This document shows positions 19,065 to 29,282 of a stretch of DNA of 64,000 bases, piece by piece. Below the pieces are notes generated by a model. That model was not told the DNA's origin and ran no database searches. It saw only the letters and a list, made by a program, of their open reading frames with translations. Position 1 is the stretch's first letter; each line of letters starts with the position of its first letter. This DNA is from Verrucomicrobiota bacterium (GTDB lineage Bacteria; Verrucomicrobiota; Lentisphaeria; Lentisphaerales; Lentisphaeraceae): NCBI GenBank assembly GCA_039798785.1, contig JBDKFG010000013.1, positions 10,207-74,206 of the forward strand. The letters are read 5' to 3'. The position numbers and the translations under genes are program-made.

Positions 19065-22000
19065 ATGTCGCAGTTCAAGTCTGAATCTGAGTTCTCGATC
19101 AATGTCGCCAATCTCGGCACTCCGTTCACAGGCACTCTTGATCCCAGTGGAGACTATGTGCCAGGTGTTTACAACTCACGTTTCGGTGAATTGACGGTCT
19201 CGGCCAAGGGCCAGTTCAGCTTTTTGAGCAGCGGGGAGCATCGCTTCGCCGGTTTGCGCAGCGGGGAATCCTTGTCGGAGCGCTTCAATATCTGGGATCG
19301 CGACGGCAATGCGCTCTACGTCAAGGTCACTTATTCGGGCGCCACGGGAGCGGAAGCTCACGTCCAAGAGGATTACCGCTTGGTCAGCGGAGTGTTGAAG
19401 ACTGGCGGCGCCCTGACTCCCGGGCAGTACGTCGCGGCGAAGCAGAGCGGCGATTCCATCAAGGGCAGTTTCTCCGTCAACTCCTCTGGCGTCTGGTCCT
19501 GGTCGCTGGCGGGAAGCAGCGCCGCACTGCAGTCGCTGCGCCACGGCGAAACCGTGCTTGAGCGCTTCGTCGTCAACAAGGTTCACGGCGGCACGGAGAC
19601 GGTCGACGTCCTGATCACCGGCACCAACGACATCGCGGTGATCAAGGCGGTCGCCCCCGGCAAGGTCGTGGAGGATAAATTCGTCACTCTCGCCGACCGC
19701 GATTTCGGTTACGAAGCGGGAACCCAGGTCCTGGCCGCCAGCGGCACCTTGAGCATCACCGACCGTGACAAAGGCGAGTCGCTCTTCGCCGGCGAGAGCA
19801 TCGAGCCGATGTATATCCAGGGCACCTTCGGCGTCTTCAAGCTGCAGCTGGTCGCCGGCAAGCATGTCTGGTCCTACGCCGCCAGCAACGCCGGTGTCCA
19901 AGGCCTCCACCTCGGCGAATCGGCCGTCGATTCCGTCGTCATCCACTCCCTCGATGGCAGCGCCAGCACCAAGCTCCGCGTCGTCATCAGCGGCGCCGCT
20001 GATGGCGTCAGCAATGCCAGCATCGCAGGAGACACCAGTGCGTCCCTGGTCGAAGACTCTGCTGAAGAGGGCGTGCTGGTCGCCAGCGGCTCCTTGCGAG
20101 TCCTTGATGCCGACGCCAATGAAAACGCCTTCCGCAGCCAGCAGATCGAAGGCAAGTTCGGCGTTCTGAGCCTCTCCGCCGATGGCCAATGGACCTATCA
20201 AGCCGACAATAACCACAGTGGCATCCAGATCCTCTCCGCCGGCCGTTCCGCCCGGGACGAGTTCACCGTATACAGCCTTGATGGCGCCAGCACCAAGATC
20301 AGCGTCAAGATCGATGGCGTCAGCAACACCAGCATCGGTGGTGCCGAAGCCGAATTGCGTGAATCGCAACTCCTATCAGTCGCCGGGCAGCTCAAAAATC
20401 TCGACACAGGGCGCAATCTCTCTGCTACTGCGAGCGAACTGGTCGGCAGCATCGGCCGCCTCAAAATCACCAGCGGCGGCGCCTGGACCTGGTCTTCGGA
20501 ATCCGATTCCCATCTCCACGGACTCGTTCAAGGCCAGTCCCTGGTCGACAGTTTCCTGGTCAAGACCTCGCAAGGTCCCCAGCTCATCCGCATCCTGGTC
20601 CAAGGCGCCGATGATCCGGCCGTGATCAGTGGCGACAGCACTTTCAGCACCAGTGAAGACTCGGTTTTGACCGGGAAACTCAGTGTCACCGATGCCGACG
20701 CCGGTCAAAGTCTCTTCCGGACTTCGAGCGTCGAAGGTTCCTACGGAGCCTTCTCCCTCAACGCCGACGGCACCTGGTCCTACACTCCCAATGCGCACGC
20801 TCAAACTCTCAAGGCCGGCAGCAGCGCCACCGATACCTTCACCGCGGTTTCGGCGGACGGCAGTGCCGCTCAGCTCTTGACCATCACCGTTCTCGGAGCG
20901 GATGATGCTGCCACTCTCGTCGGCAACATCAGCGGCGCGGTTACCGAAGACCTCAGCACGGATGCCGCCGGTAAACTCACCGTCACGGATGTCGATGTCA
21001 ATGCCATCCTGCCTCTAGTCGCCTCCGGCACTCAGGCAGGGGCCTATGGCTCCTTCTCGATCACCGCGGGTGGAAACTGGTCCTACACCTTGGCGAATAA
21101 AACCCTAGCCGTTCAAAGCCTGGCTGCCGGCGCCACGGTCACCGACTCCTTCGTGGTCCGAACTTCCGACTCCCTCGCTTCCACCACCGTCACCGTCGTG
21201 ATCACCGGCCAGAACGATGCCGCCGTGATCAGCGGCACCGCCGCCGGATCCCTCACCGAAGACGGCTCGTCCATCTCAGCTTCGCTTGTGGTGAAGGATG
21301 TCGATGTCGGCGATTCCAGCACCTTCGCGACTGTCGACTCCCAAGGCGTCTACGGACGTCTCCAAATGGATGCCCAAGGCAACTGGGTTTACACCGTAGA
21401 CACCTCCAAGACCCAGTTTCTCGCTGTCGGCGCCAGCGCCGCCGATTTCTTTGCCGTCACTGCCGCGGATGGCTCCCAAGGGGCGATCAAAGTGTCGATC
21501 GATGGTCTGAACGACCTGCCGGTCTTCGGCTCTCCCACTGTGACCAACGGCAACATCCCTGCGGGTACGGTCCGTGCTAGCGATGTTGATGACGGCGCTT
21601 CACTGACCTACTCGGTTGCCTCCCAGAGCGTCAATGGCACGGCCTCGATCAATGCCGCCACCGGTGCTTGGACCTTCACTCCCACCGGCAGCTTCACCGG
21701 TGCCGCCAGCTTCACCGTCGGCGTCAGCGACGGCATCGGCGCCTTGGTCACTCAAGTCGTTTCCGTCGTCGTCAATAATTCTCCTGTCCTCAGCGGCAGC
21801 TTCAATGTCGCCATTCCGGAAGATCAGGTCGCATCAGGCACGGTCACCGCAGTCGACACCGATAGCGGCACGATGAGCTTCAGCGTCGGCTCGGCCCAGC
21901 ACGGCAGCGTCTCCATCAACGCCAGCAGCGGCTTGTGGACCTACACTCCGAGTCTCAACTACAATGGCAGCGACAGCTTCCTGGTCACCGTCAGTGATGG

Positions 22001-25000
22001 TCAGGGCGCCACCGTCAGCCAGACCATCACCCTGAACGTCACTCCGGTCAACGATGTCCCCGTCCTCTCCGGCCTCAGCAGCGGCTCGGTCACCGAAGAC
22101 GCAAGCCTCAGTGCTAGCGGCACCCTCACGGTGTCGGATGTCGACGCCAATGAATCCAGCTTCCAGGTGACCAGCTCGGTCTCCACTTATGGCTCCTTCA
22201 GCATCAGCGCGAACGGTGCCTGGACCTACATCCTCGACAACAGCAAGGCCCAGCCCTTGGCGACTTCTGTGGTCGAAACCTTCATCGTCAAATCCTTTGA
22301 CGGCAGCAACAGCCAGACGGTCAGCATCACCGTCAACGGCGTCGCTGATCCGGAGTTCATCACCGGCACCCTGACCGGCTCGATCTCCGAAGATGGATCG
22401 ACGCAAACCGGTAGCCTGACACTGCAGTCCGACGGCTTGACCACCAGCTTCCTGGCCAGCTCCGCCACCGGCGTCTACGGCAGCTTCAGCATCAGCAGCG
22501 GCGGCATCTGGAAATACACCGTCAACACCGCCCTCGCCAATCGTCTCCAGCTCGGCGAAACCGCCGTCGAGTCCTTCGTAGTGAAAAACCTCAGTGGCAG
22601 CACCCAGGAAGAGGTCAAAATCACTGTCGTCGGCGCCCAGGACGCCGCCACCATCACCGGAACCGTGTCGGCCAGCATCAACGAAGACTCCCTTGGCGTC
22701 AGCCATCAGCTCACCGCCGTCGATGCCGACCATGACCAGTCAGCCTTCACTGCCGCCAGTTTTGCCGGCAACTATGGCTCCCTCAGCATCGGCAGCGCCG
22801 GCTTGTGGACCTATGTGGCGGACGCCCGGGCGCAAGCTCTCGGTGCCGGACAAAGCCAGGTTGAAACCTTCGTCGTTCAATCGCTCGATGGCGGCAGCTC
22901 GAAAACCATCTCGGTGACCATTGGCGGCATCGAAGACGCGGCGGTGATCGCCGGGGAATCCGACGGCAGAATCGTCGAAGATGATGCGGTCAATGTCGCC
23001 ACCGGAACCCTTGCGGTCATCGACCCGGAAGCCGTGGCCCCCAAGTTCGAAGCCCGCACTTCCGTCTCCGGCGCCTTCGGTCTCTTCTCCATCACTGCCG
23101 ACGGTGTCTGGACCTACACTCTCGACAACAGCCTCGAAGTCACCGGCAGCATGCCTGAAGGGGTGCTTGCGGAAGACGCCTTCCTGGTCTACTCGGAAGA
23201 CCGTGCCGCCTCCCAGATCGTCACCGTCACCATCGTCGGTGCCGACGACCCGGGCTCGATCAGCGGCGACGTCGCCGGCCTCCTCTTCGAAGACGCGGAA
23301 GCGAACGAATCCCAAGGCGTCCTCGTCGTGACCGATTCCGATGCCCTCGAAAACAGCTTCTACGGCCAGGTCGATGAGTCTGGCATCTATGGCCGCTTCA
23401 ATATTGACCGGGATGGCAACTGGGTCTACACCTTGGATAATTCGCTTGCCAGCACCCAGTCCCTTGCCGCCGGAGCCACTGCCGTCGATAGCTTCGTGGT
23501 CCTGACCCTCGATGGCCATACCACGGAGACCGTCGAGATCACCGTCACCGGCGTGAACGACATCGCCACCTTTGCCGGCGACTTCCTCGGCAGCGTCACG
23601 GAAGACGCCTTGAGCAACCAGGCCACTGGCCGCATCGTCACCTCCGACGCCGATGCCAATGAGTCCTCCCTGCAAGTCCGCAGCTCGACCAGCCAGTACG
23701 GCACCTTCAGCAATCTCGCCGATGGCACCTGGACCTTCGTCCTCGATAACAACCAGGCCGCCACCCAGAGGCTTGCCGCCGGCGCCACCGCCATCGACAG
23801 CTTCCTGGTCGTATCGAAGGATGGCAGCGCCTCCCAGACCGTCAACATGATCATCACCGGCACCAACGACTTGGCGACCATCTCGGGCAGCGCCAACGGC
23901 ACGACTGATGAAGATCACAGCTTGACCTCCTCGCTCAGCATCGCCGATGTCGATGTCGGCGAAAGCGTGTTCAAGGTCAGCACACAGACCGGCACCTACG
24001 GATCTTGGAGCATCGCGGCCAATGGCAGCTGGACCTTCACGCCCAACGCCCAACAGCTGATTGATGGCGATTCCGTCCAGGATGTCTTCCTCGCCACTTC
24101 CTTCGACGGCAAGACTTCCCAATCCGTCACCGTCACCGTCACCGGCGTCAATGATGCTCCGGAGGTTCAAGGTGCCCTCGAGACCAACGTCATCGAAGAT
24201 GAACTCCTCCTCTCCGGCGGCAGCATCTTCATCTATGATCCCGACAGCGATGCGCCCCTCCAAGCCAATCGAACCTTTGATGTCATCAACAATGTCTCGG
24301 GTACCTACGGCGTCTTCTCGCTGAGCAGCGCCGGCGTCTGGACCTACACTCTCGACAATGCCAAGTCTGTCATCCAGACCCTGGGCGGATCTTCGACCCT
24401 CACCGATTCGATGCATGTCGCGTCCGCTGACAAGACGACGCCGAACTTCGCCGAATCCGATCTTGTCGTCACCATTCAGGGCAGCAACGATGCCGCCTTG
24501 ATCACGGGAACCACCACTGGCACTGTCTGGGAGGACGCTAGTGTGCGCATCCCCGCCGTTGACGGCGCGGTCAGCACCGCTTCCGGCACTCTCTCGGTCA
24601 CCGATACCGACAGTGGAGAAGCCAGTTTCAAGGAGGCGACTTACAGCGGCATCTATGGCTCGGTCTCGGTTGATGCCAATGGCTACTGGTCTTATACCTT
24701 GTATAACGCCGACCCTGATACCAACCTTCTTCTCAATGGCACCACCGCGCATGATTTGATCAAGGTCCAGTCCTTCGACGGCACCGAGATCGAACTCGAC
24801 ATCAGCGTCATCGGCTACACCGATCCGGAACCGACCCTGACTCTCGGCAGCATGATCATTGACGAGCGCGACACCATCGAGATCACCACTGCGATGATGG
24901 ATGCCTCCTCTCTCACCGCCTCCGATTCGGTTCTCGGCTTCAAGGTCGCCAGCGTCACCCATGGCTCCTTCGAGAAGCTCGTCGGCTCCGCCTGGACCGT

Positions 25001-26777
25001 CACCACCAGTTTCTCGCTCACCGAAGTGGAAACAGGCAAGGTCCGCTTCAAGCACGACGGCAGCGAAACCGCTCCCACCATCAGCTTGAAAGCCACTGAC
25101 GGCATCCTTGATTCCGCCGCCAAAAACATGACGATCACCTTCTCGAACTCCAATGACACGCCGATCTTGGCTACTGACGGGATGATCTTTGATGCAGTCA
25201 CTCATATTGTGAACTTACAGGACGTTCTCCATGCCACTGATATTGATGCTTCTGACGCTGCCTCCAGGCTGACGTACACATGGGCTGGCTTGGATACCCG
25301 CGTCGTAATTCGCAAGAGCGGGGTCAATGTGACGACATTCACACAGGCGGATGTCGATGCGGGCTTGATCACGGCTTATCGAGCTCCCGGACGTGACACT
25401 GGCATCATCGACAAGGAGGTCGACTTCACTGTTGTGGATGGTCAAGGAGCAGCTAGAACTGTCAGCGTGGCGATTCACGACCATGCCATGCTAGATACAG
25501 GGCCCTGGACAGACAGGACTTTGAACTTCACATTTTTGACAGCTGTTCCCAATTACTACGATCCGGGCGCTCAGGAACGGAATGGATTCGCAGCCTTCAC
25601 GGATGTCCAAAAGACCGCCGCCCGCAATATTCTAAACTATATCAGTAGCCTTACTAACCTGACGTTTGCCGAGGTTACTGATGTCAGCCAGTCGCAACTC
25701 ACCTTTGGCTCTTGTGTTCAGCAGCCTGGCGTTGCTGCCTTTGCTTACTTCCCGACTAACGTTGTCAATGATCAAGGCGGTGACTTCTGGTTTGACAGCG
25801 AGTCTACGGTGCAGGTGGTTCCTGGCGTCAATCTTTATCGAACCTTCCTCCACGAAATCGGACACGCACTTGGTCTGAGTCACCCCTATGGTGATGGCGT
25901 GACCTTCGGCAGTGGTGGCGGCTCGGATGGTGGCTGGGAAGGTGCCAACAGGAATATCACCGTCATGTCCTATAATGAAGGCACCATCCCATCCTTTGAG
26001 CGCGGCGCTGAGACCTACTTGATTCATGACGTCGCAGTCTTGCAGTCGCAATACGGAGCGAACATGTCTACCCGCACGGGCGACAATACCTACACCTTTA
26101 GTGATTTTGACGGCAAGGTTTTAACTCCTTGGGATGCAGGTGGCAATGATACATATGATTTCTCCGCTGCGACCTATGGACTCAAGGTCGATATTCGTTC
26201 CGGCGCTTACAGCGACTTGTACAATAATACGGATGTGGGGACCAACAATCTCGGTATGCCCTTCAATGTCATCATCGAAAATGTCAAAGGCGGCAGCTTC
26301 GATGATGTCATTCAAGGTAACGACGTCGCCAACGTCCTCAGCGGCGGTGATGGTGCCGATACCCTGACCGGCAACGGCGGTGCTGACACTCTGAAGGGTG
26401 AGGCAGGTGACGATATCCTGGTCATCACCTCGGCTGACTTCGTCCTCGCCGATGGCGGTGCCGGAAGCGACACCTTGAGACTTGAAACCGCCAACCTCGA
26501 CCTCACCGAGTTCGCCACTTCCGCCTTGGCCAACATCGAAGTCATCGACATGGCCACCTACACCGCCAACGCCCAGCGCCTGCGCTTGAGCTACGACGAT
26601 GTCATCGCCGCGCGCAGCAGCGGCAACCTGAAGATCGATGGCACCAATACCGATACCGTCGACCTTGTCGGCGATTATCAACTGGCGGGCAATTCCGGCG
26701 GCTACAAGACCTACACCAGCGTCTTGGGTGGTGCTAACGCGACACTACTCATCGACACCGACATCAACATCGTTTAA
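19065..26777 (+). CDS. VCBS-repeat protein with C-terminal serralysin-type (M10B) zinc metalloprotease and RTX repeats; probable T1SS substrate
   Basis: Many G-x-YG-x-F-x-I-x-x-x-G-x-WTY VCBS-like repeats. HEIGHALGLSH zinc motif at 25851-25883, Met-turn TVMSY, serralysin-like TRTGDNTY and WDAGGNDTYDFS, and GGDGADTL/GNGGADTL nonapeptides. Confidence 0.9.
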   Translation: MSQFKSESEFSINVANLGTPFTGTLDPSGDYVPGVYNSRFGELTVSAKGQFSFLSSGEHRFAGLRSGESLSERFNIWDRDGNALYVKVTYSGATGAEAHVQEDYRLVSGVLKTGGALTPGQYVAAKQSGDSIKGSFSVNSSGVWSWSLAGSSAALQSLRHGETVLERFVVNKVHGGTETVDVLITGTNDIAVIKAVAPGKVVEDKFVTLADRDFGYEAGTQVLAASGTLSITDRDKGESLFAGESIEPMYIQGTFGVFKLQLVAGKHVWSYAASNAGVQGLHLGESAVDSVVIHSLDGSASTKLRVVISGAADGVSNASIAGDTSASLVEDSAEEGVLVASGSLRVLDADANENAFRSQQIEGKFGVLSLSADGQWTYQADNNHSGIQILSAGRSARDEFTVYSLDGASTKISVKIDGVSNTSIGGAEAELRESQLLSVAGQLKNLDTGRNLSATASELVGSIGRLKITSGGAWTWSSESDSHLHGLVQGQSLVDSFLVKTSQGPQLIRILVQGADDPAVISGDSTFSTSEDSVLTGKLSVTDADAGQSLFRTSSVEGSYGAFSLNADGTWSYTPNAHAQTLKAGSSATDTFTAVSADGSAAQLLTITVLGADDAATLVGNISGAVTEDLSTDAAGKLTVTDVDVNAILPLVASGTQAGAYGSFSITAGGNWSYTLANKTLAVQSLAAGATVTDSFVVRTSDSLASTTVTVVITGQNDAAVISGTAAGSLTEDGSSISASLVVKDVDVGDSSTFATVDSQGVYGRLQMDAQGNWVYTVDTSKTQFLAVGASAADFFAVTAADGSQGAIKVSIDGLNDLPVFGSPTVTNGNIPAGTVRASDVDDGASLTYSVASQSVNGTASINAATGAWTFTPTGSFTGAASFTVGVSDGIGALVTQVVSVVVNNSPVLSGSFNVAIPEDQVASGTVTAVDTDSGTMSFSVGSAQHGSVSINASSGLWTYTPSLNYNGSDSFLVTVSDGQGATVSQTITLNVTPVNDVPVLSGLSSGSVTEDASLSASGTLTVSDVDANESSFQVTSSVSTYGSFSISANGAWTYILDNSKAQPLATSVVETFIVKSFDGSNSQTVSITVNGVADPEFITGTLTGSISEDGSTQTGSLTLQSDGLTTSFLASSATGVYGSFSISSGGIWKYTVNTALANRLQLGETAVESFVVKNLSGSTQEEVKITVVGAQDAATITGTVSASINEDSLGVSHQLTAVDADHDQSAFTAASFAGNYGSLSIGSAGLWTYVADARAQALGAGQSQVETFVVQSLDGGSSKTISVTIGGIEDAAVIAGESDGRIVEDDAVNVATGTLAVIDPEAVAPKFEARTSVSGAFGLFSITADGVWTYTLDNSLEVTGSMPEGVLAEDAFLVYSEDRAASQIVTVTIVGADDPGSISGDVAGLLFEDAEANESQGVLVVTDSDALENSFYGQVDESGIYGRFNIDRDGNWVYTLDNSLASTQSLAAGATAVDSFVVLTLDGHTTETVEITVTGVNDIATFAGDFLGSVTEDALSNQATGRIVTSDADANESSLQVRSSTSQYGTFSNLADGTWTFVLDNNQAATQRLAAGATAIDSFLVVSKDGSASQTVNMIITGTNDLATISGSANGTTDEDHSLTSSLSIADVDVGESVFKVSTQTGTYGSWSIAANGSWTFTPNAQQLIDGDSVQDVFLATSFDGKTSQSVTVTVTGVNDAPEVQGALETNVIEDELLLSGGSIFIYDPDSDAPLQANRTFDVINNVSGTYGVFSLSSAGVWTYTLDNAKSVIQTLGGSSTLTDSMHVASADKTTPNFAESDLVVTIQGSNDAALITGTTTGTVWEDASVRIPAVDGAVSTASGTLSVTDTDSGEASFKEATYSGIYGSVSVDANGYWSYTLYNADPDTNLLLNGTTAHDLIKVQSFDGTEIELDISVIGYTDPEPTLTLGSMIIDERDTIEITTAMMDASSLTASDSVLGFKVASVTHGSFEKLVGSAWTVTTSFSLTEVETGKVRFKHDGSETAPTISLKATDGILDSAAKNMTITFSNSNDTPILATDGMIFDAVTHIVNLQDVLHATDIDASDAASRLTYTWAGLDTRVVIRKSGVNVTTFTQADVDAGLITAYRAPGRDTGIIDKEVDFTVVDGQGAARTVSVAIHDHAMLDTGPWTDRTLNFTFLTAVPNYYDPGAQERNGFAAFTDVQKTAARNILNYISSLTNLTFAEVTDVSQSQLTFGSCVQQPGVAAFAYFPTNVVNDQGGDFWFDSESTVQVVPGVNLYRTFLHEIGHALGLSHPYGDGVTFGSGGGSDGGWEGANRNITVMSYNEGTIPSFERGAETYLIHDVAVLQSQYGANMSTRTGDNTYTFSDFDGKVLTPWDAGGNDTYDFSAATYGLKVDIRSGAYSDLYNNTDVGTNNLGMPFNVIIENVKGGSFDDVIQGNDVANVLSGGDGADTLTGNGGADTLKGEAGDDILVITSADFVLADGGAGSDTLRLETANLDLTEFATSALANIEVIDMATYTANAQRLRLSYDDVIAARSSGNLKIDGTNTDTVDLVGDYQLAGNSGGYKTYTSVLGGANATLLIDTDINIV

Positions 26778-26804
26778 TCTCCCCCCAAACAGAAAGGAAA
26801 TACC

Positions 26805-27095
26805 ATGGCTGAAGCCCCCAAGACCGAACGTAAAGCCCCCACCGTCAGCGCCAGCGGCCTCGAGCCCGTCTATGCCGACACCTTCCGCATCTTCCCCGCC
26901 GCCGGCGGCCTCGTCGGCGTCGATCTCGGCATCGAGATCCCCGGCAAAGAGAACTCGCAGCTCGACTTCTCGCGCCGCATCGTCCTCGCCCCGGCTGCCG
27001 CTCTCCAGCTCAGCCAGGCCCTGCAGCAGCTGCTGAAGCGCAAAGACGCTCCCGCCGCCGCTCCCGCGACCAAGACCGCGGAAAAAGCCAAGTAA
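26805..27095 (+). CDS. Small DUF3467-like protein
   Basis: AAAGGA RBS. The pattern PVYADTF...VDLG...RIVLAPAAALQLSQAL resembles DUF3467. Confidence 0.6.
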   Translation: MAEAPKTERKAPTVSASGLEPVYADTFRIFPAAGGLVGVDLGIEIPGKENSQLDFSRRIVLAPAAALQLSQALQQLLKRKDAPAAAPATKTAEKAK

Positions 27096-27115
27096 TCGGC
27101 CTTTCCGGAGTCAAG

Positions 27116-27147
27116 AAGAGGACCTGCGGGAAACCGCAGGTCCTCTT
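27116..27147. terminator. Probable bidirectional Rho-independent terminator
   Basis: Perfect 14-bp stem AAGAGGACCTGCGG-GAAA-CCGCAGGTCCTCTT between convergent genes. Confidence 0.85.
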
Positions 27148-27174
27148 TGCTTACTGTCTTCTGGCGTTTGCCGT

Positions 27175-29205
27175 TCAGGTGCGGCGGAAGATCACCGTGT
27201 CGGTGCCCGACTTGATCTTGCCGAGGTTGATCGGGCAGGAGTCCTTCTTGCTGACCAGGAGTTCGAATTCCGGGCGGCGGCCTTCGCCGCTTTCGCGAGG
27301 GATGAGGCGTTGCGAGGAGATGCCGATCAGGCAGGAGGCGATCTGGGTGCGGATGTGTTCGCGCTGGTGCGCCGGGAAGAATTCCAGCAGACCCTGGATC
27401 GCCTGGTGCGGGCCCGGGGTGCGGAGGGTGGCGATGACGAGGTGGCCGGTCTGGGCGGCGGTGATCGCGGTGCTGATCGATTCACAATCAGGCAGGTCGG
27501 TGCTGACGATGATTTCCGGTCCTTGTCGGAGGGCTGCGGCAAGGCCGGCGGAGTAGGATTTCACGTCCGAGCCGATCTCTCGCTGGTCGACGATCGCCTT
27601 GCGGTTGGGGAAGACGGTTTCCACCGGGTCTTCAATGGTGATGATATGGACCGGTCGCGTCTGGTTGATCCGGGCGATGAGAGAGGCGAGAGTGCTGGAC
27701 TTGCCGTGACCGGAGGAGCTGGTGATCAGGAGCAGGCCGGACTTGGAGTCGGAGAGTTCGACCAGTTGTTCCGGCAGGCCGAGTTCGTCGGGGCTGGGCG
27801 GGCGGCCGCCGACGAGGCGGATGACGCAGCCGACGTTGCCGCGCTGGCGGTAGCCGCTGACCCGGAAGCGCCGCATCCCGAAGCTTTCGAACTGGATGCT
27901 GATGGCGAAGTCGGCCTCGGAGTTGTCCTCGAAGCGTTTCTTCTGCTCGGTGCTCATCAGGTTGAAGAGGAATTCCCGGGTCTCGCTGGGGGTGAGGGCG
28001 GCGTGCTCCATCTCGAGCAGGTTGCCGTCGATGCGCAGGATCGGCGGCGTGCCTTCGGAGATGATCAGGTCGGTGGCGTTGTTCTCGACCAGGGTGGAAA
28101 GGCATTCGCGCACCAGCTCGGCGTCGGCGGAGTCGCCGAGGGCGAGGCCGTCGCGGCTGCCGCCGGCGAGGGCCATGACGGTGCATTCGCGGCCGAAGCG
28201 GGTGCCGGCGAGGGCCGTCTCGCCGCTCAGGGTGCCGCTCAGGATCAGGTCGGTGACGGTCTTGTTGAAGCCCTGCTCGCCACTGTGGATGCTGCGTTCG
28301 ATCTCGTTCAGGTCGCGCTGGCGCAGCAGGGTCGGCATGCGGCCGCTGTTGATGAAGATCTCTTGCAGAGGCAGCTTGCCGGGGCCGTCGGCCTTCGGCA
28401 CCAGGCGTTGCGAGACGATGCCGCGCACGGCCTGCGACAAATCGGCGAGATGGGCTTCGCGCTGCTCCTCCGGGCGCAGTGCGATCAGCCGTTCGAGGAC
28501 GGCGCGGACGCCGCTCTCATGCATGATCGCGACGACCAGGATGCCGGCGAGCGCGGCTTCGATCGCCAGGTTGCTCACTTCGGCGTCATGCAGGTCGCTG
28601 AGGAAGAGGGCGTCCGGACGCTTGCGGATGGCGTGTTTGACCCCGTCGATCAGCTTCTCGCAGTCGGAGGAGGGTTCGACCTGGGTGATCAGGGACATGA
28701 TGTCGCGGTGGTGGTTTTCGATCGGGTCTTCGATGCAGACGATATGGGCGGCCCGGAGGCAGTTGATGTGATGCAGGATGGCGTGGAAGGTGGTGGTCTT
28801 GCCGCCGCCGTTGGGGCCGGAGATGATCACCAGCCCCGATCGTTCCATCGCCAGGCCGCTGATCCGTTCGTCGAGTCCGAGGTCGGAGATGTCGAGGGTG
28901 CTGCATTCGGTGCGGCGGGCCACCATCAAGATGCTGCGCTGCTGCCGGGTGAAGGAGAGGCTGTAGCGGATGTCCTTGTGGAAATAGGTGATGTCGAGGA
29001 ATCCGGTCTTTTCAATCCGCGACAGGTGGCTGGGGTGCAGGTCGACGGTGACGAAGTTGCGGATCTCGTCCTCCTGCATCGGCCTCTCCTCCACCAGGAA
29101 GATCATGTTGGAGAAACGCCGGATCGCCGGCGGGCGGCCGACGATGAAGTGGATCTCGGTGGCGTTGAGCTCGATCATTCTTGACAGCAGATCGTTGATG
29201 CGCAT
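27175..29205 (-). CDS. Tandem double PilT/PilU-family ATPase with degenerate Walker B motifs
   Basis: Two PilT-like units: GPNGGGKTTT/IEDPIE/SQRLVP and SSSGHGKSST/IEDPVE/QREIG/TGHLV/SQRLIP. AAGGAG RBS. Confidence 0.85.
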   Translation of the reverse strand: MRINDLLSRMIELNATEIHFIVGRPPAIRRFSNMIFLVEERPMQEDEIRNFVTVDLHPSHLSRIEKTGFLDITYFHKDIRYSLSFTRQQRSILMVARRTECSTLDISDLGLDERISGLAMERSGLVIISGPNGGGKTTTFHAILHHINCLRAAHIVCIEDPIENHHRDIMSLITQVEPSSDCEKLIDGVKHAIRKRPDALFLSDLHDAEVSNLAIEAALAGILVVAIMHESGVRAVLERLIALRPEEQREAHLADLSQAVRGIVSQRLVPKADGPGKLPLQEIFINSGRMPTLLRQRDLNEIERSIHSGEQGFNKTVTDLILSGTLSGETALAGTRFGRECTVMALAGGSRDGLALGDSADAELVRECLSTLVENNATDLIISEGTPPILRIDGNLLEMEHAALTPSETREFLFNLMSTEQKKRFEDNSEADFAISIQFESFGMRRFRVSGYRQRGNVGCVIRLVGGRPPSPDELGLPEQLVELSDSKSGLLLITSSSGHGKSSTLASLIARINQTRPVHIITIEDPVETVFPNRKAIVDQREIGSDVKSYSAGLAAALRQGPEIIVSTDLPDCESISTAITAAQTGHLVIATLRTPGPHQAIQGLLEFFPAHQREHIRTQIASCLIGISSQRLIPRESGEGRRPEFELLVSKKDSCPINLGKIKSGTDTVIFRRT

Positions 29206-29228
29206 CGTATGGGCTCCTTGTCCAAGCT

Positions 29229-29237
29229 ATTATACCA
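29229..29237 (-). promoter_or_regulatory. Extended -10 promoter element for the PilT-like gene
   Basis: TGGTATAAT on the minus strand, just upstream of the RBS. Confidence 0.5.
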
Positions 29238-29282
29238 TCAGGGAGAGGCGGAATGCAAGAAACTTCGAAAGGCGCCGAGGAG

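Noticed and set aside
638..25205. Long antisense ORFs (e.g. 4496-6658, 8696-11872, 22740-25205) opposite the two giant genes
   Set aside because: Shadow frames expected from strongly biased high-GC codon usage; no motifs.
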